Source of the DNA: Chiloscyllium plagiosum
Taxonomy: Eukaryota
Reading direction: 5' to 3'
Assembly (NCBI RefSeq): GCF_004010195.1
Contig: NC_057718.1
Coordinates: forward strand, 39,415,143 to 39,473,663
Length of the DNA stretch: 58,521 bases
In this document: one piece after another, positions 12,090-27,400 of the stretch
How positions within the stretch are numbered: the first letter of the stretch is position 1
How the letters are laid out: each line of letters starts with the position of its first letter
Translations under genes and position numbers: made by a program
Notes under the pieces: generated by a model
Seen by the model: only the letters and a program-made list of their open reading frames with translations
Told to the model about the DNA's origin: nothing
Databases searched by the model: none

Positions 12090-13242
12090 ACCTAAGGATT
12101 GGGAGTATTTTAGAATTCTGTAAAGGAGGGCCAAAGAACTCAATAGACTACGAATGTTAAATAGCATGTAACATAAAAATGCACTGTGACTATGGAAGCT
12201 TCTATAAATATATATAAAGGAAAAAATATCAAAAACAATGTGGGTCAATTTTAGACAGAGTCAGGAAAATTTATAATGGGAGAAAGGAAATGGCAGAGAA
12301 GTTAAATAATTGCTTCGTGTCTGTCTTAAGAACAAAAGAACAAGAAGGAGGAGAAGGCAAATCATTCCTTCAAGCCTGCTCCGCTATTTCATGCCATCAA
12401 TGGTAATCGCATCTCAGTCTCAACTCCACTTTCCTGCCCACTCTCCATAACCTTTCAACCCATTACTAATTAAAAATCTGTCTACAGTCTCCTTAAATTT
12501 AATCAATATCTAAACATCCACCACACCCTGGGGAAGTAAATTCCACAGATTCATGGCTCTTTGACAGAAGTAATTTCTCCTCATCTCTGTTTTAAATCTG
12601 CCACTGCTCAAGCTGTTTGTCCTAGATCCCTTGCCCATTTACCACAATTTTCTTAAATTGAGAACTTAAAATATGGACCTTTTGATCCTCTATTTCCAAA
12701 CCAATTGAATTCACGATTGAGATCCCTGTGTTCAATGATATGGCAACATCATTAACTTGACTGCGTTTCCTTCAAATGTTTACCAAACTTGAAAGGCCTC
12801 AGAAAAGATTTACAAGGATGTTGCCAGGGTTGGAGGATCTGAGCTACAGGAGAAGTTGAATTGACGAGGGCAGTTTTCCCTGGAGCGTCAGAAGTTGAGG
12901 GGTGACTTTATAGAGGTTGATAAAATCATGAGAGGCATGGATAGGATAAATAGAAAAAGTTTTTTTTTCCTGGGGTGGCATAGGTTTAGGGTGAGAGGGG
13001 AAAGATATAAAAGAGACCTAAGGGGCAACTTTTTCACGCAGAGGGTGGTACGTGTATGGATTGAGCTGGAGGTGGAGGGTAGTATAATTGCAACATTCAA
13101 AAGGCATCTGGATGGGTATATGAATAGGAAGGGTCGGAGGGATATGGGCCAGGTGCTGGCAGATGGGACTAGATTGGGTTAGGATATCTGGTCGGCATGG
13201 ACGAGTTGGGTCTGATTCTGTGCTGTACATCTCTATGACTCT
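12090..13242. mobile_element. Cluster of CR1 fragments (plus ~12090-12325, minus ~12330-12620, younger plus 3' end ~12785-13242)
   Basis: ORF 12895..13182 (RGDFIEVDKIMRGMD...NFFTQRVVRVW) is a CR1 C-terminus, with tail gtgctgtacatctctatgactcta. Confidence 0.8.
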
Positions 13243-14042
13243 AATTATCACCATGTTTTACTTCTCATTTTACTAAATTAACAAAAATGTTAAGGGACAT
13301 GAACGAGTAATTATAACACATGTCCAATAGTGGCTACCACCCATTATCTATTTATGAATAAAAATGTAATTAGCGACATCTAAATTCCAAATTAGTCACA
13401 AGTAACTAGTAGCTACAGTAATGATGTAATGAACAACACTGTTAAAGAATTGCAAAAGATTAAACAAAATTAATTGCATGGTCAATCTTTTTGATAAATT
13501 GACCTATTTATTTTAAAAAAACAGAAGCAAAGCTGTCTTCCACTCAGGCTGAACAAACCTGAAACTAAACTCAGTTAAAACCAACAGAGACACATGAGCT
13601 TTATGAGCCACAGATATTGACACAGGGCCATTCTTATCTTGTGAATGATGTTTCAAGGCAGTGCACGATTGCCAGAAATGTGTTTGAGATATTGTCAGAT
13701 GGCCCTCTTAAAAATACACAGCAGAACTTGAACAATCCTTAGAGTTGTCTGGTGAAATTGTTATTATACCTGGTCAGGTTCTGCCATTGCAGGATACCTA
13801 ACAGCAAATTAAACTGGTTCCTGAACCTTTAGCTCAAAATATTTTTGTTCACTAAGCTGCAGAAAGCACAAATTGATAACAGTGCAACAACCAGAATTTG
13901 GGTCTTGAATAAACTGGGAAAGAATCAGGTATCTACTTGACTAATAAGATTTAAAGATTCCTACATTAAACAGCAATAACATAATCACAATACTTCACAG
14001 GTTGTAAAGAACTTTGGCAGTAAAAATCACGATGTAAATGCA

Positions 14043-14181
14043 AGTTAATGTTTCGGGTTGAATCACTCAACCCAAACTTTGACTCTGATTTCTCTCCACA
14101 GATGCTGTCAGATCTGCCGAGCTTTTCCAGCAATTTCTGTTTTGTTTATGATTTACAGAATCCACAGTTCTTTCGGTTTTT
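14043..14181 (+). mobile_element. Family C short hammerhead-derived element (decayed) with a short inverted 5' arm
   Basis: tctctccacagatgctg..agatctgccgagcttttccagcaatttctgttttg; homologous to 42776-42876 and 45097-45228. Confidence 0.65.
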
Positions 14182-17100
14182 ATATAAATACAAGTCATTC
14201 TATTGGGATGTGAAAAAAGAGAGACGAATATGAACTAAAGGGAGTGAATTCAATGCCAAATCAGGTACAAGTGGAAAGAGAAAAAGAGAAAAAAAAAGTT
14301 TGAGAGAGAAAGAAAAATGGAAGAACCAGGATAAAAAAAAGTTTAGTATGTGACATTTTCAAAATCTTCTAAAACAATTTATAGTCCAAAGAATGAAATA
14401 CCATTTTTACAACAGGTAAATTTTGGTCTCCACAGAGGTTGTTTGACATTAATATTTAGCACATTGTTAATGGGATACTTAAAGGCTAACAAAGGCTTAC
14501 AATGACATGTCTGAAAAAACTGCAGTGGTTTAGTTTGCAACAATGACATTAATACAGCAAAGTGACAGCTCCAATAGTAAGGCAGTCAGTGAAATGCTGA
14601 TTTTGCAAAGCTAATGGTGTAGCAGCATAATTTGGACAGTGCTTTTCTTGGATATTTGCTGTACTTTTTACATACAAATTAATAAGTGACATTAACCTTA
14701 ATTTTATTTTTAGCAGCAAAATCAAGCACATTGATTTCCAAAGAAAATTATATTTTATCGTCATTTAAACCTTGTACTGTAATTTTGTTAATAATGATTG
14801 GAGGATTAGCACTGCACTGAATGGTAAGTTGGGGTTGACAACAACAGATATCATTTTAATTTTGTGTTGATAGTGTAAAGATCATCAATGAATCAGCATT
14901 CCCGTTACATCTCTCCGAATTTTTATTACCATTGACTTCATAGAACCATTGCGGCAATCTGTTGAATATCAGAGAAACTTTATTTTCAATTATTTTATGT
15001 TGATGTTAGAGAAAGGAGACACTCTCCACAATTACCAAGAAACAGTCAATACTGCAGCAGAAACTTGTAAATGCATCCAAACACGTAATTTCAAAGATCC
15101 CTTGTAAATGACATAACTTCAACAGCAAACTTATTTCTATCCGCTCTTATTGTTTTTCATCGATGACATAATAAGGAATACAAAAAAAAAGTCTGCAATA
15201 AGAAGGTAAACATTATGTTTTAATCCAATCACATTGTGCCCATTGCTGAGTATCTGAATTTTCCTTGGGAACATGTTATCCTCATTCATTTATTTTATTG
15301 AACAAAGATGCATAACACTACCCTATGGAGCTGTGTAAATATAACTCAGCGGAAAGCAAAGAGAGGAGGGAGAAAATAGAACTTCTATTGTTCTCCCCAT
15401 GGACAGAAAGAATAGTGGGTCAAAAAAATTCAAGATGCCATTCAGGAAGGGAAAAACTTAAGAAAAACTGGCAGAAGACAAAACCATAATTAAAGAGATG
15501 GACCTTCAGAAGGACTTATTAATAGTGACCAAGAGATACAGGTGGCATCACTGGGCAGGAACACTATGACGGTAAATCATTTATGAATATTAATTTACTG
15601 AGAACTATTTGGGTACAGGGAATGCTACCTGAAAGAGAACAGTTGCCCCTTAAATCCAAATCAAACTGGGCCGTGGGTCTTATTTTATCAAGTCCAGGGA
15701 TTGGTGGATGCCAACTACTGACGGTAGTTCCCTAGTGACACAGGTTGCTATGATGTTGAAAATAGCATCAGACAGGGTCAAAATGAATGGAAAAGTAACT
15801 CACAAAGGGTGTTTCCTGACTCCACATTAAGACACTGTATGGTTTCAAAAGGTTACTAAACAAAAATTTTCCTTCTCTTGATTAGACATCGGCAGAATTG
15901 TGCTTCCACAGTGCAAGCACTGCCTATTTATTTTTATAAGTTTTGTTAAGTGATTCTGAAGTGTGTATAAAAACCTAAATATGAATATTCAAGGAGCCTA
16001 ATGGCCTGACACTAAGACCATCTTTCAAACACATGAACCAATATGGCAAGGCATTTCTGTACCACGTCAAAGGTTGAATCTCGCCGCTTCATCTTCTGCC
16101 TCTAGAAAGGGCACAACAAAATCAAAATTCACACCCTTTGTGACTGAAGGAGCAGCTATCAGCTGCATGGAGTGGGAAGCAAGAATACATATGGGGACAT
16201 ACTGGAAAATATTATAGAAATAGATCGGTCAAGGCCAAAGTGTTAATTTTCCCAAGTATGGGGTTACTAAACCAATCAGAACAAGAATGTGAGCCATTTT
16301 GAAGATGTCAACATAGGTTCTGGCATTTGGGTTGAATTGTAATTTGTGATCCAGCTAGGAAACATGACAATGTCCATACTGAGAAGTTAAACCTCACGGT
16401 ACAAAGATGTAGATAAAACAGAAGAAATGTTTGCAGTTGAATCCAATTAGTGTAGAGGTAAGTGAAAACATTCTATCTATTTATCAACCATAAAAATTTA
16501 CTTTGAGGTCTGACTATGGAACAAATCTAAATCTCTTCCCTTTGATTAAAACTGATGGAATATCAAGAAGTATTAACACAAAATTTAAACGTTAATATTT
16601 TTGTTATTAACTGTTATATTGGAGAGGTCCCTCTGACTACATTTAGAAAGGCTATAATTATGACATGGGCATTAACAGTTCTTTACTTAGCTGATAAACC
16701 TATAAACCCTTTAAATCACTGAACTCAATACAGTGACATGAGTATTTTGTCAAACAAGTGAAATGATAGACCTCATCAATTCCAGGCAGCTTTTCTACAG
16801 AATTGGTTTCATCATTGTTCAACTTAAAATTGCTACCATAAACTTCATAAACTGTGGGATGTACTCTAATTCCTATCTATTGTTCTACCTTCTGTCACTG
16901 TGTCTGTCTCTTTCAATACTGTTGAATGTTTGCAAATCACCAACTTTCCATTCTTAAACAAATTACTTTTTCTGCCTAAGTGAGGCAGCCATAACTTATA
17001 AAGACTGCCCATTACTAAACAGTAAGTCAATATGCAATTATCTGAAATGTCATTAACGTAAATTTTGTAGATTTGTTATTGTTGAAAAGGCAATATTCTT

Positions 17101-17902
17101 GTTTATGTTTCATCAAGGAAAACCCATTAGAGAAGTTATATTTAGAGATACAAACTGCCATTCATTTATCACTTTTTTCTATAAAAATGTTAATAAAATT
17201 CAATTTTTAGATTTTGTTAAACAATCTGTACAAATCATAAACAAAGCCTGATTGGGTACTACTTAATTTAGGTCAACACGTTTGCAGTTTTGGTTATAAC
17301 AGATATTTTGTTGTACTGCGTATTAGAGATGGAGAGCTGAATAAAGCATGGGATTCAACTAAGTTCTTTAATCAGCTCAAAGCCTCCAGTCTAATATGAA
17401 CCATGTCGGCATTCACATTACAACAATCAGTCAGCAAGGTAAAATCCAATAGACCCCACAGAGTTTGTTTAAGTACTTAGGTTTTATTGTTTATAGTCTG
17501 CTAGGGATGTGACTTATCATTCATTGATAATCATTTGGTCAATCAGTTTGAATTTATGTAATCTGCCTACAATCTCTTGATACAGGTTTATGGAATCAAA
17601 ATTTTTTTTTTCCCATTCACAAAAAAAATAGAAAAGTAATAACTAGAACATTAAGCATCTCATTAATTAGCATCACAAAAAATTGGGGGGGGAAATTATT
17701 TACCTAAAATAAAATGTAAGTGTTGCCAAGTTAAATTATCTACTGATAGCTACATAGAATGGTCCTGCACATTTTCTGCTGCAGGTAAGAAAAAAGTTTG
17801 ATTCCATTCTCATCCTTTGCTTCTATCCTTGCTTTTTCAGGATAAAACCAGTTATAACCATGCAGTTATTTTGTTTTTTTTAAATCATAATTTGCAAAAT
17901 TA

Positions 17903-18370
17903 TACCAGGATGTTGCCTAGGATGGCAAGTTTTAGTTATGAAGAAAGATTGGATAAGCTGTGGTTGTTTTCCTTGTAGTACAGGAGACTGAGTGGGACAG
18001 GATTGATATGTATAAAATTATGAGGGACATTGACAGGGAAGACAGGAAGAGACATTTCCCTTTGTCAGAAGGATCAATCACCAAGGGCATAGATTTAATG
18101 TAAGATACTGAAGGTTTAGAGGAGATGGGAGAAAATATTTTTTTCACCCAAAGGATGGTAGGAATCTAGACTGACTGTAAGGGTGGTAGAGGCAGAAACT
18201 CTCATAACATTTAAGAAGTATTTAGATGGACATTTAAGTTGAAATGGCATACATGGCTATGGACCAAATGCTGGAAATGGGATTAGATTAACTAGGTGTT
18301 TTTGACCGGCATAGACTTGATGGGCCGAAAGGCTTATTCTGTACTGTAGATCTCTATAATTCTACAACTC
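17903..18370 (+). mobile_element. CR1 LINE 3' end
   Basis: taccaggatgttgcctagg...tttttcacccaaaggatggtaggaatct...ctctataattctacaactc. Confidence 0.8.
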
Positions 18371-20119
18371 AAAACCATTCACAACACATTTCAATAATTA
18401 TACTCACAGGCAGATCTAAAAAGAACACAATTGTTAAACAATTTGGGATAAAAGTATCACATTTCCTTAATCAACCCTTTTTGGTTTTATTGGTTACTGT
18501 GCATCTATATTTGATCTTTCAATGGGCTCAAGAGTGACACTGATCTTACATTTCCTCAAGATCACAAAAGCTCAGTGCACACTAACCATGAGTCAAGGAG
18601 AACAGAATCACAGCTGAAGAGCCTTGGTCAATATGGCATCAAAGGGGTTTCCCAACCATTTGCAAATATCAGACAGATTTATTCCATGCTGATCGGTTTT
18701 ACATGGGTCAAAGACAATCTATACACTTTAGAACTACACAATTTGCATGATTTCCCTGGGAAATAAAGTTTGTAAAACATATCCTAAACCCCAGAAAGCT
18801 AGTGCTGAAGAGTTAAGTTCCTTTTTAAAAGTGGTTCAAATAACTCCTTTTAAAAAGTGGTTTTGAAATGCGGGCTGTGTAGTTGAATATGGTGTTTCCC
18901 TAATAGAATATAAAAGGGTTGTAAAACTACACATCTAAATCAAATTTGTATTATGGTCTCGGAATATTTTACGTCAAATTTTCATTTGCAAACAGGTCCA
19001 AGTTGGAACTGGGTTGCGTGGGTATTTGTGGAATTGTTTGATCTGTTTTTTTTATTTGTTAATTTCAAACTATCTGATGATTCCTTTCCAGACACGGAGG
19101 CAAGTAAACCCCTGGAATTAAAATAAACGCACGAAATCGAAAAGACTACCACCTTAAAAACACTACATCCCTTTGATCTTGTAGTGTCGCTGTCTACTGT
19201 ACGTATTTCTATAGTATTGCTATCTTAAAGCAATTACTCTATAAGCACACTAACACTATATTACCGTTATAAAGATTCTCTCGTTCAACCTCCGTTCAAT
19301 ATTCTCAATTATGAAATCTGCTGACTCTAGTGAAATACAAGTGATATAACTGGGGAGGTTCGCTGCTTATCTCTTACGGCACTGTTTTGTTCAGTGCGGA
19401 ATAAATAACAAGAAGAAAATCAACCTTGTGCTGCCAGAATTACTGCGAATTGTCTTTGAGCACTGGATTTTGGAAAAAGAAACCTTTTTTTTGGAAACTG
19501 ACTCAACTGGAGCTTGATTATTATTCAGCAAAATGCTCAAATCTTTCTTAGAATATGATTGTTTCACACATCCAAATTCATAGCTGCTGCATTCCTTCCT
19601 CCATCCCGGAGAGAGTTTACATCTTTTGACTGCAAAAAACTTGCAGCGTTTGCAGGCTATCTGCCCTGCTGCATTGAATGTTCACCGCTCTTCCACACTG
19701 CAGGATGCACAATTCCCACTCGCATTTTAAAAGCTCTTGTGGTTTTCGTGATTCCCGGAGACGAGGGGGTGGTGGATGCCACAAAGGTGGTAGTGGTGGT
19801 GGTGAGGAGGTGGGACGGCGGGAGAAAAACAATTCAGGTCAAGGCATGCAATCTAGTTGCTGCACTCGCACTGTCTGTAAAAGCAGCCCCAAATACTCCA
19901 GGCGCTGCTGTGTCCACACTGTACTAACAACATGAACATGAACATTTATATTTCACTAACAGTAGTAATGAGACTTTGGCTGGGGGGGGTACTTGTTAAT
20001 CAATTGAAAAAGGAGCGAGAAACCCCACATATAACCCATTCAGTAGCAGCACTGTCAAGAGATAGAAAAAAAACATGCACTTTCTGATCTTTCTCCTGCA
20101 AAAATAAAACTAACTTTTA

Positions 20120-20870
<751 letters not shown>

Positions 20871-22036
20871 GGGAGATGTTACCTGTGGACAAGTTACTGG
20901 TCAGGGTTAACAAGGCAGATTCCAGATACTGAGATTCTAGAGTTTTGCTCAGTTTTTCCCTGAGCTAGGGAGGAAAAGAATCGAAGTTCGGTCGAATATA
21001 TACCGTTAACTGTGCACGCAGTCCATTGGAAAAAAAGTGTCTAATGGATAAATGTCTGTTTTCTATTCCACAGTTCTGTAACTGTGTTGTATGTACAACG
21101 TCTCATGAGTCAATTTTATCAGCGTGTGCTCAGGTGTAGGACGAGCGATTAAAATCCAGATGTATAGATACTACTTTTAATGCGGTAATGAACGGCCAGC
21201 AATTTAGAAACACGACTTTCCGGGAATTAACCGAGATTGGCTAGTGACTAACAAAATCAAACAGCATCACTGTGCTCTTTGAGTAGCGCATACGCTAACA
21301 CCAACTCCCAGCAACTGCAGTTATTTGACCGGGAAACATGCCTGAGATATGTGGATAAACAGCAAACACTAATGAACAACGAATGTAGTCTATTCCTCCT
21401 AGAATGAATCTTATGGTAATATTCACCTTTTCGATTTGTCATTAGGTGATTTTATTTGATTCCTGTCAATGTTTCAAGGTTTGTTTCCTTGAAGAGCAAC
21501 GCATCATAAACAAATTATACATGACCGGAAAACTCACTATGATTTTTCCATCTTTGCAACAATTTGTTGATAATATTTTGTTATTAATAAAAGTTCTAAG
21601 CATTCTTGCACCCAAACTGCTGTATCCTACAAGGTTGGATCTTTTTGGCCTTCGGTTCTTTTCAGTGGTTCTATAGTTCTGTGTCAAGACTACTAACGTG
21701 TGTTACAAACTTCAGATCACTGCACCAATTGCACTTATACTCTGCCTTTGTAATACAGTGCATTCAACAGGCTCATTGTCATGTCCTCTCATGAGGAGCC
21801 AAAGGATCAGATAAATCTTTCAAACTGCCCTATTTGGAATTATTTTTAAAAACCACCCACAAGAAATGCACAAAATATAGTTTTAGCAGATTTTTATTGT
21901 TTTAAATCTTTAACCCCATGTGAAGATTTTTTTTCTCAACAATATCCTTTCTTCCGTTCCTCTTGCAATGCCATTGACTAAATTGTGACATGCAGTTTCA
22001 CAGGCATTGGTTGCCCTTGCCTACAGTACCCAAATT

Positions 22037-22366
22037 TAGATTAGATTACATATGTAGATTAGATTACTTACAGTGTGGAAACAGGCCCTTCGGCCCAACA
22101 AGTCCACACCGATCCTCCGAAGAGTAACCCACCCAGATCCATTCCCCTACATTTACCCCTTCACCTAACACTACGGGCAATTTAGCATGGCCAATTCACC
22201 TAACATGCGTATTTTTAGACTGTGGGAGAAAACTGGAGCACCCAGAGGAAACCCACGCAGACACAGTGAGAATGTGCAAACTCCATATAGACAGTTGCCT
22301 GAGGCAGAGAATTGAACCAGGGTCTCTGGCGCTGTGAGGCAGCAGTGCTAACCACTGTGCTGCCCA
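22037..22366 (-). mobile_element. HE1-type V-SINE
   Basis: (TTAGA)n tail on plus, V-domain and tRNA head with B-box ggttcaattc. Confidence 0.88.
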
Positions 22367-22819
22367 TAAATGATCATTATTAGTTGACAAGTCACAATCA
22401 ACAACACTCAATACTATTGTAATCTAATTCCAGTGAGGTAGATTTCAGTGGGAATCAAAGAATAGCATCTAAAAGTGGCAACTTTGCTACACTTTTACCT
22501 GTCCTAGGGCACTAATCCCAGCTGTAAAACCCTCATACCACCCTTACTGTTCTAATTTTGTCATGATAGAGTGTCATTGATGGTGAATGTTCATTCCAAC
22601 CATGGACAGCCCTGATTATGCACAAAAACAACAGAACAAATCCATTTTTTTTCCTTTTACAATCCTTTAATAAATTGCCACCTACTCTTTGGCCTATCAA
22701 ATTAACAGAACATATTCCATTTAATAGTATACTTATGCTGTGATACAATATAGCACAATACCCAAGTACATTGACTCACAAAATTAGCTTTGTGTCAATT
22801 TGAGCAAAGGCATTGTAGC

Positions 22820-24405
22820 TAGATTTGCAGGAAACACAAATATAGGCAGAAAAGTATATTGTTAAGAAAACAGAAAAGATTTGAAGAAAGGTTTTGATAA
22901 TTTGAGTGAGTGGGCAAAAACAAGTCAGTTGGAGTTTCATGTGAGAAAATGTGAAGTTGTTCAGTTTGATAGAAAGAATGAGAAAACAGGGTATTAGTTA
23001 AACAGAGAAAGATTACAGAATTCCAAGGTCCAGAGAGATGTAGATGTTCTAGTGGATAAACCATAAATGGTTAAAATTCAGGTACAGAACATAATCAAGA
23101 AGGCCAATGGCATCCTTTATTATGCAAAGAATTTAACATAAAAGCGAGGATATTTTGCATCACTTGCGTAGTATTTGGTGAGAATACATCTCTCAATATT
23201 GTATGCTGTTTTAAAGAATGATGTAAATTAATTGAGGTAATTTAGAGGAGGTTTATGAGATTAATACCTAGAATGAGTGAGATGTTATATGATGATAGAT
23301 TGGACAGGCTGGGTTTGTTTTCATTGGGGTTTCAAAGAGTGAAGGCTGATTTGATATAAAATCTTGAATGGTCTTGATAAGGTGAATATGGAAAGGATAT
23401 TTCTTTTTATGGATCAGTCCAGCACTAGAGAGCCCTGTTTGAAATTAGGGATCACCCTTTTACATCTGAGATTGGAATATTTTTTTTCTCAGATAGTTGT
23501 GGAGCTTTGCAACTCTCTGCCTCAGAAGGCAGTAGAATTTTTAAGGAAGAATTTGTTAGATTCGTGTTAGGCAAGAGAATCAAAGGTTATTGGGGTGAGA
23601 TGGGAATATGGAAGTTGAATTTCAATCTTATTTAATAGCAGCGCAGGTTTGAGATGTTGAAGAGGCTACTTGTGCTCCTATTTCTATATTCATATGTCCC
23701 AGGTCTGCTTCTACATTGGAACAAATTTTCTGGCTCACTCCTCACACAAAGAACTGCTCATAAATAGATTCCTCTCATATTTGCAGGCAAAAGCATATCA
23801 TAACTTTAATTCATTGTAGTATCTTGATGTTGCATGTACACAGAAGTGGGCATCTTTTCAAAGTCGGCTTCTAACAAGCATCTCCCACAAGGGCAAACAA
23901 CTGTTTAGCATCAACCCTGTCAAGGATTTTATATGTTTCACGAAGGTCTCCTCACATTCTTCTAAGCTCCATTGCCTTCAAGCCCAATTTACTCAACCTT
24001 TCCTCATAAGAAAATTTCCCCATGCCCAGAATGAACCTTGTGATCTTTATCTGGTCTGCTTCCAATGCCAATATATCTTTCCCTAGAAATGGGGACCAAA
24101 AATGTTCACAATATTCTAGGCATCATTTATTGTAGTGTCTTGTATAACTTTAACAACACTTCCCCGTTTTTCTACTCCAGTTCCTTTGAAAAAAAGGTCA
24201 AAATTTCATTTATATTGCTTATGACCTGCTGAATTTGCATGGTTTTGTTTTGTACTTTATACACGGCAAATCCCAAATCCCTCTACTGCAGCTTTTTACA
24301 GTGTTTCCCCCATTTAAATCATTTCAGCTCCTCCATTCTTTCTGCCAAAATGCATAACTTTACATTTTCCCACATTGTATTCCATCTTCCAAAGTTTTGC
24401 CTACT
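22820..24405. mobile_element. Two old CR1 fragments (plus ~22820-23695, minus ~23870-24405)
   Basis: Degenerate CR1 RT and C-terminal motifs (gagtgggcaaaa...aaatgtgaagttg; FFSQIVVELCNSLPQKAVE). Confidence 0.7.
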
Positions 24406-27400
24406 AAATAAATATAAACCAGAATGCACAGTAGTTATTTTAGTGCCACTCTTTTAACTTCTGGGATTTGTTAAAAATGTGCATAAGATCTGCTAATGCA
24501 AAAAAAACGGAAGCCATTATGGTAAGTCTTTTATTTGTCTGACGTAAATACTGTTTGGATAAACTCACTAAACTATCAGGCAAGCTTACTGAAGAAGTTT
24601 TTATATACAGTATACTGTAACCAATATATTTTAATAAGCATCTGAGTTTCTTGTCATTATTTTTAATGTATGAAATCACTGCTCTTTCTATTCCTCAACT
24701 TGAATCACTGGAGCAGAACTGCTTTTCTGACTGATGAGAATGATCAATGCATAGCTGTACACCAACAATACTTTACTGACAGCATTTAAACCACAAGCAT
24801 TTCCATTATCCTATTTGAAAAGGAAGTGGCACTGCATGCAGCTGTTGTCCTGCTGGCCATAGCAAAGATATTCGCTTTGGTTCTATGCATGATTGACAAT
24901 CTCCATTTTTTTTTTTGTTTCACCTTTTTTGCAAGGAAGTGTAGAATGTAAGTTTAACCCAAACATTGAATTCCCATTTGTCAAACTACATTCAGTTCTG
25001 ACGGTATAAAATATGAACTTAAATAAAACTGTCATTTTGTTGCAGACCAAGTGTGCATTTTATCTAGCATTTAAAGATATTTTTAAAAGTTGACATTATT
25101 GTGTAAAGTACATATTTTCAGGTTGTGATTAGATCGCATAATTATGCATTCTGTGGAGTGGTGCATATTTCCCAATTAGTTACCATTGTTCACACTTTGT
25201 AGAAATCCTGATTCACATCTACTATTTTACACCATGCTTACTAGCATTTATTACAGGATGCAATTCAAAACCATAACGTTAAAACAAGTCATTTAGTAAC
25301 TAATGACATTAATATCATGACAAACAAGAAGCATAATCCAAGCCTTACCCTCATTTTCCCTGCATTTTCATTTGTAATTATCAGTAGTAAACATCATTTG
25401 TCAATCATTAGCTAATCTACCAAATTGCTCTGAACACCTTTGAATAATTCCTACCTGGGTATTTTATTCTGCCACACAGATCTATTCAATAAAAGTCCAA
25501 TTTCCAACCTTCTACTGCGCATTGGCTTCCTACTTTGGCCGATCCTGTAAACAACATTTGCTGTTAAAAATACTACTAGTTTTGCCCCAATCATTCTTTT
25601 ATGTCTATAAGCTTACATATACTTCTAAAACAATGCAAATAAAAGATTTCCACCCAAGCATTGTGTAGTACTGGAGGAATAACTCTTCTCTTCTTAGTAA
25701 CAATAGAATGAAAAATATTGGACTAGACTCTTCCTTCACAATTCCACTTGTGATATGCAAATTGCAGAGAATGAAGGAAAATTCCAGTAATAAGACGTGC
25801 CATCACCTCACTGCCCTCGCTTATATTTCCCTCCCCTCTTTTTAATGCAGACCATTGCTGACTGCTGTTTCCTCACACATTGTGTGAAAATTGTGGCAGG
25901 GCTATAAAACCCTGGCCTCAAACAGATTTTCTTGACATCCTGCAGTTACTACTGCTTTCTGGGAAAACAATGGTGTAACAATGCAATGCAATGTCAGTTG
26001 AAGAGGAGATTCAACTCTTACTCATCTCCAATGTGAGCTTCAATGTCTGTCAAGAGTCCAGTTTTCAGAGAGATCCACAGTAGCACTGAGATTTTGTAGC
26101 TGGGCACTGGTGAGCTCACTTCCAGTGACTGCCATCTGATTGAAGTCACAGTGATTTTAAAAAATGACCCCCAACCAATGGAATTAGAACTGGATTGGGG
26201 CAGATTTGATGCAGCAGGTGGAAGTTCCACCTCATCAGAACTGCAATGCAACAAAGGAAATTCAGTCCATTCAGATTAGTCCATTCGCAGTCAATTGCAA
26301 CTAGAAGTTAAAACTTCTCATGGGCAACATCTTTCATAGCAAATCCTACAAAAGGCCTCACTCTTACTGAAGCCTTTCAGACGACATTACTGTGTTCCAG
26401 CATAAAATAAGTTTAACTTAAATATTATAATTGTGGTTAATAAAATGGGAATGAGTCAAAGTGATTTTGACTAATATGTCATCAAAGTACACTACTGGCT
26501 CTAATCCAATCAACAGTTTACTGAGACATGCTATGTGCATTTTGTCCTAATACTATTAACTTTTTCAAACACATGTTTGGTGTAATATAAATCATGTACC
26601 CTAATTGTACTAATTCCAATATCCACATCACACATGTGCCACCATTCAGGTTGACAGTTGCATTTCATATCTTGACAAGCTTTTAATTGTTGATAAAACT
26701 TCCCATTTTTCTTCAGCTCTATTACATACTTGCTAGCTGTTTAGATTATGATTGAGTTCTTGATTCTGATTACAATTGGAAATTATTTTAAAACATTATG
26801 TAAATTCTATTTTACTTTGTCTTTCTAATTTTAGTTTAGATTGTTAAATTCCTAAACGAGAATCCTTTTTCTTTCAGTCTGATTTTTCACTTAGGCAATC
26901 CACAATAGAATAAATATAGTATTTCAATTTAAGTGTGGTAGACATTCTGAAATGCATTAAGCACTAAAATGAATAGAACCAAAAAAAATTAGAAAAAGAT
27001 TCGATACATGTAATCCACTTTGAGCAGTTGCAATTTATACACACAATTGGGTAAACCAGGCAAAACTTGATTTCCCAAACAATGCAATACAAATTCGATT
27101 GGTTGTAATGGGAAAAAGTATCAGTTTGACTAGACAAATAAATGCAGACTCTTGAAATCCTGAATTCTGGACTGGCCTGATCCTGCAAGCATTTTTAAAT
27201 TGCCAATAGGACTGTTATATAGTTGCATTAGATGTGAAATTCTGAATGTTAAATCACCTGTCACAAGGACAGAAAATAGAAAAGACTGCTGTCTCTACTT
27301 AGCTGCTGAAAAATGACAGTAACAAAGAAAGAAAAGCTTGTTGTAGGGAAAGTTGCCAACCCATGCTGCTTTTGAGAACCATAACATCTGTCACATATGA

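Noticed and set aside
20878..20890. Possible upstream non-coding exon donor (minus acag|gtaaca)
   Set aside because: An isolated motif with no supporting acceptor or transcript evidence.
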